From: Minisyncoccota bacterium | GTDB lineage: Bacteria; Patescibacteriota; Minisyncoccia; Phycocordibacterales; UBA6065 | Reading direction: 5' to 3' | DNA length: 61,938 nucleotides | NCBI GenBank assembly: GCA_036400935.1 | Contig: DASWWW010000002.1 | Span: 1-61,938, forward strand | In this document: one piece after another, positions 1 to 10,500 of the stretch | How positions within the stretch are numbered: the first letter of the stretch is position 1 | How the letters are laid out: each line of letters begins with the position of its first letter | Position numbers and translations under genes: made by a program | Notes under the pieces: generated by a model | What the model saw: the letters and a program-made list of their open reading frames with translations, nothing else | Databases searched by the model: none | What the model was told of the DNA's origin: nothing

Positions 1-1
1 G

Positions 2-1500
2 GGAACTAGCGCGACAACCACGTCGTTCTTCACGAGCGTCTTCCGCGCCGTGACGGGCAGCATCCAGGACTTCACCTCGACCCTCGCCACGATCGCCGGC
101 CTCAGCGTGACGAACTCCACGACGACGAACGCGACCTCGACCAACCAGTTCGCGACGAACCTTTCCTCGATTAGCGCCTCGTCTACAAGGTCTGATGTTG
201 GCTTTGGAACCACTACGAACTCAACTTCGACTAATCTCTATTCGAGCAATGCGGTATTCGGCGGCGCGACCACGACCGCCTTGAACACCGGCACCCTAAC
301 CGCCGCAAGCAGTACCATTGCGAACGGAACAGTGGGTGGCTTGAATTTCACAAATGCCACGGGTACAAACGCCACGACCACAAACTTCTACGCGACGAAT
401 TTTGCCGCGGCGAACCTCGTTTTCACGAATCAGACTACGGTCAACTCGACGACAACCAACTCGACCTCGACTAATTCGTTCACGACCAATCTCAACGCGA
501 CGAACGGAACGGTGGGGAATCTGCTCTTCACCAACGCTACGGGAACTGCGGCAACCACTACTTCATTCTTCACTAATATATTCCGCGCATTGAGCGGATC
601 GATCGACAATTTCACCTCGACCCTCGCGATTATCGTCGGCCTCAATGTCACGAACTCGACGACAACGAACGCGACGTCGACAAACCAGTTCGTGTCGAAC
701 CTTTTGTCGACCAATTTCACGACTACGAATGGAAACATCGGCTTTGGAACTACTACGAACTCGACCTCGACCAATTCGTTCGCAACAAACCTCACCGCGA
801 CCAACGGAACCGTTGGGAATTTGGCTTTTACGAACGCCACGGGCACGAACGCGACTACGACTTCGTTCTTCTCGACGATCGGACGCCTTACGACGGGCTT
901 CATTGGAACCCTTACTTCGACCCTTGCGAACATCACATCGCTTGTCGCGAGTGATATCACCGTAGGTGCATTGACTGCTACGAACTCGACTACTTCGAAC
1001 GCGACCTCGACAAACCAGTTTGCATCAAATCTTGTTTCGACAAATGGCAGTATCTCGAACCTTGCGTTCACTAACGCGACAGGAACGAATTCTACGACCA
1101 CCAATTCATTCGCTGGGAATCTTACGGCTACAAACGGAAACGTTGGAAATTTGCTCTTTACAAACGCTACGGGCACGGCAGCGACAACCACCTCGTTCTT
1201 CGCGAGCGTATTCCGCGCGGTAGCGGGCTCGATTGACAGCTTTACGTCAACCCTGGCGACAATCGTTGGATTGAACGTTACCAACTCGACTACAACCAAT
1301 GCTACGTCTACAAATTCATTCGCAACGAACCTTGTTTCGACAAATGGCAGCATCTCTAATCTCGCATTCACTAACGCTACCGGTACTAACGCGACGACTA
1401 CGAACTTCTTCTCGTCTACGGCATCGTCGACCAGCCTCTTTGCGACTAACGGAAACGTCGGCAATCTTACGACAAACAACCTCATCGTTAACGGCAACAC
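2..1500 (+). repeat. Asn/Thr/Ser-rich degenerate tandem repeat region of the giant protein, with higher-order units of about 100-180 aa
   Basis: The block SFF(T/A)(S/N)(V/I)FRA(V/L).GSI(Q/D).FTSTLA(T/I)I.GL.VTNSTTTNATSTN(Q/S)F recurs at about nt 23, 565 and 1193, with a diverged copy at about 863. Short units FTNATGTNATTTN recur throughout. Confidence 0.85.
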
Positions 1501-4500
1501 GACTTACACGGGAATAGGTACCACTACGTTCAATGGTGATATCTTTGCGCGGGGCATCGCAGCTTGGCAGTACCTTACGGCTCCAACCCTCCAGGCAACG
1601 TCTACGACAGGTACTTCGACATTCGCCGGAGGTGTCACTGGTCCTGGCGGATTCACCCTCCAGTCGTCTTCAGGACGAGTTGGCGTGGGCACGTCGTCTC
1701 TTTCTTTCGTCGGCAACCCTATCTTTATCGCCGGAGGAGGCAATTCAAACCAGTCGAACAACTTTGTCGTCGACAATGGCGTCTCTGCCGTTAGCAATAG
1801 AAGCCTTGTGGTGAATGGCAATAGGATCAACTCTTATTTCACAAACAGCGCATCTGCCGGCGCGAATCTCGTGCTTCAGGACGCGGGAGGTAACGTCGGC
1901 ATCGGCACGACGAGCCCGACGGGCAAGCTCTCAATCGAGACGAGCACGGGCAATGACGGCGTGTATATCAAGGGTTCGAGCTCCTCGGCGAACGCGGTTC
2001 TGAGGCTGTATAACGACACGGGCACCTTCAACCAGATGCTGACGGTTCGCTCGGGTTCGGGAGACACCGGAAAGTTCTTCTTGCAGACGAACGGCGGCAC
2101 GGTGAACGCTCTCGTCGCCGATTCTTCTGGAAACGTCGGCATCGGCACGACCTCTCCGGGGCAGAAGCTCTCTGTGGCCGGAAACGTGCTCGGTAACAAT
2201 TTCATCGGTACGTATTTCACCGCCACGTCATCTGTGTCAACGTCTACGTTCGCCGGCGCCGTAAAAATCCACGGAGCGATCGACATCCATCGCGGCCCAA
2301 GCTCTGACGACCAGAGCACATTCGTCGGCGCGGGCGCCGGTCAGTTCGCGCAGGCGGGCCCGCACGGCAACACCGCTTTCGGCTTCCAGGCCCTCTCATG
2401 GATATATAACGACGGCGTAACCGTGGCTTCGGGAGGCAGCAACACCGCGATAGGCTATAACTCGATGGCGTCCACGACCTCGGGCAACCACAACACGTGT
2501 CTCGGAAAGTACTCTTGTCAGAACCTCACTACGGGCGAGATGAACGTGGGCCTCGGCAACAGCGCGCTGCGCTTCATCGGCAGTGGTAAGTCGAACGTGG
2601 TCGTGGGGCACAGGGCATCGGGAAGCATGGCGGACACGTCGTATAACGTCGTGATCGGCGACCAGGCAGCCAACGCTTATACGGGCAGCGCGAGCTACGG
2701 AAACATATTCCTCGGCTATGCCGCGGCCTCGACCACTCTTTCGGGTACCAACAACATCATCATTGGAACGGACGCAGCGGCGCCTTTGCCGACCGGTTCG
2801 GGCCAGCTCAACATCGGAAACCTCATCTACGGAACGGGCATCTCGACCACCTCTCCTCGCACTGGCTTTGTCGGTATAGGAACCACAACGCCGGTTGTCA
2901 CCCTCGACGTGTGGGGCTCCGCGTCGACCCTGACCCGTATGAACAACGGCGCCCAGAACCCGGCGTTCAGGCTCCAGAAGGCGCGCGGCTCCTCGGGCGT
3001 GCCTGCAATCATAAACAGCGGCGACGTCCTGGGCGCGCTCGACTTCAGGGGCTTCGACGGGTCGGCCTTCGACACGGGCGCGAGCATCTCGGCTACGTCA
3101 GAGGGCACCATCGGGTCGTCGAACATCCCGGCGTCCCTGATCTTCTCCACGCGCGCGGATGGCGGCTCGTTCGCCGAGAGGATGCGCATTGCCGCGGGCG
3201 GCAACATCGGCATCGGAACATCCAGCCCTTCGGCGGCGCTCTCGGTGTCTGGAAACGCGCTCGTGAGCGGCGACCTTCTTGTTACCGGTTCCGGTACCAG
3301 CACTTTTTCTGGGAATCTGCGCGTAGACGGCAATGTCGAATTCGGCGACAGCGAATTCGACAATATTATCGTGAATGGCGTGGTCGCCGGCGACCTCGTG
3401 CCCGACGTCAACATAGTCCGCAATATCGGTTCGCCGGCATACTATTGGAACGTCGGCTACTTCGACTCGATCAACGTGAACAGCATCTCGGCCGCATCGA
3501 CCACCATCGCGGGCACCGCGTCGAACTCGTTTACGGTGAACTCCGACAACGCGTCATCTGACAGCGAGGACGTCGACCTTATCTTTAAGAGGGGAAGCGT
3601 GACTCCGAACGCGCTTATTTCATGGAACTCTATCCTCGACAAGTTCGACCTCAATCAGCCGACCTTCATCCAGAACGACTCTTCGACGACCACCGTGCCG
3701 ACGCTCGAGCTCCGAAGCCAGGTTGGGCAGCTCGGCGACGTATTCCGCGTTTCGACGACCACCGGATCGTCGTACCTCAACGTCACCTCGAACGGCAACG
3801 TCGGCATCGGTACGACGACCCCTGTTTCTAAATTGCAGGTGTACAGCGGCTCTGCCGGGGCATATACCCTTGCGACTTCGTATGATGATTTCGTGATCGA
3901 AAATTCGACGGCTGCCGGAATGAGCATTGTCAGCCCTGATGCTCAGGCAGCTGGAATACGGTTTAATTCTCCAGGTTCGGGACAATTCGGCTACGGTGGA
4001 GTCTATAGTGACGGATACACCGCAGGCAATATCTCGTTATATACGAACAAGGCAAGCGGTTACCTGACGTTCAATACTGCTGCTAATGTGGAACGAATGA
4101 GGATCGATTCTTCGGGCAACGTCGGTATCGGGACGACGACCCCGGGATCGAGGCTCGACATCACGTCGACCGCTTCTGCCGCCTCGCTCCTCCGTCTCGC
4201 GGCATCGAGCGGCGCGTTCTACTACGATTTCAACCGCGACGGAACGACGGGCGCCCTTACCATCCAGGGAAGCCAGACGGGCAACAACAACATAGCCCTC
4301 GCGCCGACGAGCGGTAACGTGGGCGTCGGAACGACGTCGCCGCAGACAACGCTTGACGTCCGGGCTGCCGCGCCGGTCATAACGGTAGGCACAAACACGG
4401 GAACCCTCGGCTCGCTGTACTTCGGTAACTCTGGCCATGGCCTCAAGAGGAACTACGCCGGTTCGGGAAACAACCTCGGACTGTACACGACGTCAGGCAA

Positions 4501-7500
4501 CATCTACCTTTCGACGACGGGAGACGGCGTTACGAGCCAGTTCGTTATGAGCTCTGCCGGTAATGTCGGCATCGGCACGTCGACGCCGTCGCAGGCGCTT
4601 TCGGTGCAGGGCAGCGGCCTCATCTCGGGGGACCTGAGCCTCGCCAACCTCACAGCGACTGGTACGGCGACCGTGTCGGGCAACATAGTCGTCCCTCTCC
4701 AGGCGAACACCTTCATCGGCAACTCCGTCTCGAACGGCATCAAGTTCGACGGGTCTGGCGTCTATAACCTGTCGACCCACAGCGCGCTTGGCATCGCGAA
4801 CGTGTTCGATACGGACAACAACGGCTCGGGCTCGTTCTTCGTCGGCAAGGGCACGACCGATCCTGATACGGCGACACACCTGTTCGATATTACTAATTCG
4901 GGTAACGTTGGCATCGGCACCACGACTCCGGCATACAAGCTCCATGTGTCGGGAGGCAACGTCGGCATCGACAATGCGAGCGAGTTCGTGATGCGCGATA
5001 CCGCGAACAACAACGGCGGCCGCATCTATTACAGCGCCGGCAACGACCTCACGCTCCAGCAGGGAAACAACGGAAGTGGCTTCGACATCGACTTCGTCGC
5101 CGCAGGAGGCACGCCTCTCAAGATACTGGGAGCAAACGGCAACGTCGGCGTCGGCAGCACCACCCCCGGCTCGCTACTCTCCGTCGGAAACACGAACGGC
5201 ATAAACTTCTCGACGGCGACCTCGACGTTCTCCTCGACCGGCGGCATCAACCTGGCCGCCGGATGCTTCGCCGTCAACGGGACCTGCGTCTCGAACGGCG
5301 GAGCCCTCGGCACGGGAACGACCGGCCAGGTCGCGTATTACAGCTCTGCCAACAACGCGGTGGGAACGTCCTCGCTGTTCATCGCGTCCAGCGGAAACGT
5401 CGGCATCGGCACGACGACGCCGCGCTACAAGCTCGGCATCGACGTCGCCACAGGCACTATTCAGCCTGGAATCGAGCTCAACAACTCGGCGACCAACGCG
5501 ACGGCCGGAAGGGGATCGGGCGTTCTTTTCACGGGCACGGGGTCGAACAACCTGGCTAACATCCAAGGCCACACCTTTACCGCTTCGAACAACAACGGCG
5601 CGCTCAGCTTCCAGACGGCGAACTCGGGAACGCTCTCGACGAGGATGCTCATCGACAGCAACGGATTCGTGGGCATCGGAAGCACGACGCCGAACAACGC
5701 CCTCGTCGCAGAGGACGGCAGCTTCATCCAGGCCGTGTTCAAGGGAACGAACACCGCCCGCACGGGAGCGCTGCAGGTCGTCAACAACGCGGGCGTGGGC
5801 CTCACGCTTCAGACGGCAGCGACGGCATCCGGCCTCTCGGGCCTCGCGGTCGGCGACAGCATGATCTCGTCGAACGGCAACCTCCAGTTCCGTGGCAACG
5901 ATTCGGCGGCGACCGACCGTACGCCGCAGCTCTTCCTTCAGGGCTCGACTGGAAATTTTGGTATCGGCTCCTCGTCGCCGTCGCAGTCTCTCACCGTCGA
6001 GCGAACGACGCTCAACGCGGTCGCGAACCTTCTCGTCAACCAGACGAACGCGAACACTGCTGGTACCGTATCAGTGATCGAGGCGCGCGCCCAGTCCGCC
6101 CGCGAGAGCGCCCTGCGCCTCGGGGACGGCTCTAACTACTGGGAATGGGCAAGGCCATACAACGCAGGAAGCGCGATAACGAGCGTCGCGCTCCGCAGGA
6201 ACGGCACGTCCATGATGACCGTTACCAGCGGCGGCAACGTCGGCATCGGCACCACGTCGCCCAACTGGACTCTAAGCACGGCGGCGTCTTTGGCCACCAT
6301 GGGTGTCCAGGGTTCGGCGAGGTTCGCAAACATGTACGCTGGATCGGGCAGCTCGGGCATCAATTTCGACAGCGCTTCGTACTTCGCGATCGGCGGTTCG
6401 ACGAGCTATAGCGGCACGAACGCGGGCGCCCTCGTTGTATCGGGCGGCGGAAATGTCGGCATAGGCACGACGACGCCCCTTTACAAGCTCAACGTCTATA
6501 ACGGCGCAAGCACCGGCATCGCGGCCCAGATCACGGGCAGCGCCGCAGGAACCCTCACAGACACGGCGCTCGACTTTGCCCTCATGAACGCCGTCGCGGC
6601 CTCGTACGGAAGGATCGGTATCCAGGCCGGTAACGGCTTGACGGGAAGCGAGCGCGGCGACATGTGGTTCGGTACGGTGAACGCAGGGTCTCTTACGGAG
6701 AAGATGAGGATCACTGGCACGGGCAATGTCGGTATCGGCACGACGAGCCCGGCGGCCAAGCTCGACATCTATAAGACGAGCCAGACTTATAACTCTGAGG
6801 GCACGGGCGCGCTCATGCTGAGCAACGGGGCGAGGAGGGTCGAATTCGGCTACGATACCAGCATAGACGCTGGCTATATCGCCGCATACCATTCGGGGAC
6901 GGCGAACAAGAACCTCGTGCTCAACCCTTCGGCGGGCAATGTCGGCATCGGCACGACGAGCCCGAGCGGCCTCCTGGAGGTCGGCAGCTCGTCGGCGAGC
7001 CCGATCAGGTCTTTCGTGACCAACGCGAACAGCGGCACGGGAGCGTACTCGGAACTGGTGGTCAGGAACGGCCTCGCCAATACGGTGGACGACTCGCTCC
7101 GCCTGATGACGATGGGAACCGGCTTCACTACGAGCCAGGGCTTCGTCCAGGACTCCGGCGTGCTGAACGCCGACGCGAACCTCTCCGGCGGCCTCTCGAT
7201 CATGACCCGCAACACGAGCGCGCCGATCAGGTTCTACACTGCGGGAGCTGGCAACGAGCGCATGAGGATCACCGAGGCGGGCAATGTCGGTATCGGCACG
7301 ACGTCGCCGTCGTCGAAGCTCACGGTCGAGGCGAACTCCGCGACGGCGAGCTCCACCATCAGGATTTCGACCTCGAACACGGCCGTCGGCCTAGACGAGG
7401 TCGTGGGCGCTCTCGAGTTCTACAACTCGGACGCAACCCTTCCTGGGGTAGCCGCTTCGATCAGGGCGTACTCTGCTCGACCAAACGGCGCTTCCATCGG

Positions 7501-10500
7501 CCTCCAGTTCCTTACGGGCAACTCGAGCACTCACTCGGAAAGGATGAGGATTGACCAGGCTGGCTATGTCAGCATCGGCACGACCACGACTGCGAGCAAG
7601 CTCACTATTGATGGCAACGGCGGCGCGTTTGAGGGCGTCCTTATCGCGAACAACGACGGTTCCGACATGCTGAGCTTCATAAACAAGAGCTCAAGCTACA
7701 AGGCGTGGTCGTTCTATCCAACAGGCGACGACTTTAAGCTGTTCGAATACGACGCGGGCCAGGCGATCGGCGGCAGCGGCTCTGACAGGTTCGTAGTGAA
7801 GGCCGGAGGCAACGTCGGTATCGGCACGACGAGCCCGTCCGCAAAGCTGGGCGTCGAGGGAGGCGCAGAGTTCAACGGCGCCCTGACCGTCTCTGGCTCG
7901 TACAACGGGATAGGCATACACATCTACCCGAATAACAACCACGCCTTCGGCGGCCTCAACAGCACCGCTTCCGGCAGCTGGAACCTCTCCATGGGCTATA
8001 ACCCTCTGTCTAACGTGACCTCTGGCTACGCGAACCTTGGAGTGGGTCACGGAGTCCTGGGGGCGGTCACGACTGGATCAAGGAATACCGCGCTCGGCGG
8101 CAGCGATCTGTCGGGACCGATGGTGCTCGGCTCGCTTACCACGGGATCGGACAACACGGCTATCGGCTATAGGTCTCTCGGGTCAATCGTCACCGGTGAT
8201 CATAACACCGCCGTTGGCGTGTATGCCGGAGACCAGCAGACTGGGGGAATGCGCAACATCATGATCGGCTATAACGCGCAGGTGGCGTCCTCGACGGCAA
8301 GCGACCAGCTTTCCATCGGCAACTGGATATACGGAACCAGCGGAAGGATCGGAATAGGGACCACGACGCCGGGGCTTAACTCGGAGCGGCTGACGGTGTT
8401 CAACTCGTCTGGCAATTATGCGCTTCGCGCCGCCGGATCCTCAGGATACGCGTCATTGGTCGGCGCGGGCTCGGGATACGCTCTGGTCCAAGGTTCAGAC
8501 AACGTCGGCGCCACCGCGGCGCTGTCGCTCCAGCCGGTTGGCGGCAATGTCGGCGTCGGTACCACCACCCCTACGAAGAAGCTCCAGGTCTACACGACCA
8601 CCTCGACGGACGGCATATCGGTGAACACCAACGGCGCCACGAGCGTGGCGTACAGCCTCATGCAGAACGGAACTGCCAAGTCTTACCTCGGCGTCGTCGG
8701 CGCCTCGGGCGAGTGGTCCGTCGGGTCGTCAGTGGGCGACACGGTGCTCCGCGCCGAGAACCAGAGGCTCATGTTCAACACGAACGGTGGCGGCGCCACC
8801 GCGATGACGATCGGCGCGACGGGAAGCGTCGGAATCGGCACCACCACTCCGGCGACGCTGCTCTCGCTTGGATCCGCTACGGGCAACAAGCTCGCCCTCT
8901 GGGAGGACGGCACCAACCGCTATGGCTTCGGCATCCAGACCAACCTCCTGCAGGTCTATACGCCGAACTCGTCTGGCGCCATCGGATTCGGCACGGGCAA
9001 CAGCTCGAGCTTCACGCAGAACGTGACGATTACGGGCGCTGGCAACGTCGGTATCGGCACGACGACCCCAGCGCAGAAGCTCGACGTAAACGGCAGCGTC
9101 GTGCTCAACAATAACAACTCATACATCATCAGGGACACCGCGTTCGCTAACGCGTTTACACTCACGTATACGAACGCCAACGTCGCTCGAATCAGGCAGG
9201 CGAACAACGGCCAGCTCGATATTGCGGCGGGCTTCTCGTCTAACGTCAACGCCGCCATCACCTTCAGCACCAGCGGCCTCAACGAGCGCATGAGGATCGA
9301 CGGCCTCGGCAACGTAGGAATCGGCACGTCGACGCCTGTCTCGACCCTCTCGGTCCAGGGATCGCTCTGCGTGCGCGACACCGGATCGTGTGGAACGACC
9401 GCGGGCACCATCTATGCGACGACGGCGTCCATCACCGACATCGACCTCGCCGAGAATTATCCGACCCTCGACGGCACGCTGTCGGCGGGCGAGATCGTGT
9501 CGCTCGACACTACAGCATCTACCACTATCAAGCGCGCGGCCCAGGGCGAAAAGGTCCTCGGTATTGTTTCGACCGCCCCAGGCCTCCTTCTGGGCAAGGA
9601 GCTTCCGAACTCGAAGCCTGTCGCTCTCAGCGGCCGCGTTCCGGTCAAGGTCAACGGCGAGAACGGCGACATCCAGATCGGCGACAAGATCGCGCTGTCG
9701 ACGACAGCGGGCGTCGGCCGCAAGGCGGCAGGATCGGAGGAGACGGTCGGTACGGCGCTCGAGGCGTGGTCAGGCGGTCCGCTCGACCAGGGTACTATTG
9801 TCGTGTTCGTGGCGAACAAGCAGGAGTTCAAGGCGGACCAGTTCAAGATCGACGCGTCGGGCAACGTCGGCGTCGGCATTACCGGTACCACGAGCCCTTC
9901 ATACAAGCTTCAAGTTAATGGCGATATTGCGGCGACGTCGTTCGTCAACGTATCGACCCGCGACTCAAAGCACGATATAAACTACATCGACGACGCTACA
10001 AAGGCCGGCATGCTCGCGAAGCTCAAGTCTATCGGCGTAGCGACGTACCGCTACAATACCGAGTCGGATTCGGCTCCTCTCCGCATGGGGTTGATCGCCG
10101 AGGAGGCTCCTGCCGAGGTCCTTGCGGCTGGCGGAAAGGGCGTCGACGTGTACAAGCTCTCGACCTTCATCCTTGCTGGCGTCCAGGAACTTGATCGAAG
10201 GTTCGAATCGCTCGCGGTGAAAGTTGATCAGAATACCGCAAGCATCGCGGCTATCAATGCCGAGCTTGCCTCGACTACCGCAGCTCTCGTCGACCTCCAG
10301 AACCGCCTCGCCCTCGCCGCGGCTGATCCTGCGGCGGCGGGAGCGACATCGACGGCTTCGACCACTATCGTCTGGTCATCTGATTTTGCCGCCTCGCTCG
10401 TCTCGTTCTTCGAGACCGCTGGATTGAAGCTCGCTGACGGTGTCGCTTACATCAAGAGCGCTATCGTCGAGACTTTGACTGCGAACGTGGCTTATATCAA

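Noticed and set aside
1880-9900. A periodic short DNA motif (ggcaacgtcggcatcggcacgacg and variants), which could superficially suggest a CRISPR-like or tandem-repeat array.
   Set aside because: The copies are imperfect, irregularly spaced (about 200-450 nt) and all in frame within a coding sequence. They encode the GNVGIGTT peptide motif. There are no unique spacers of constant size and no cas genes.
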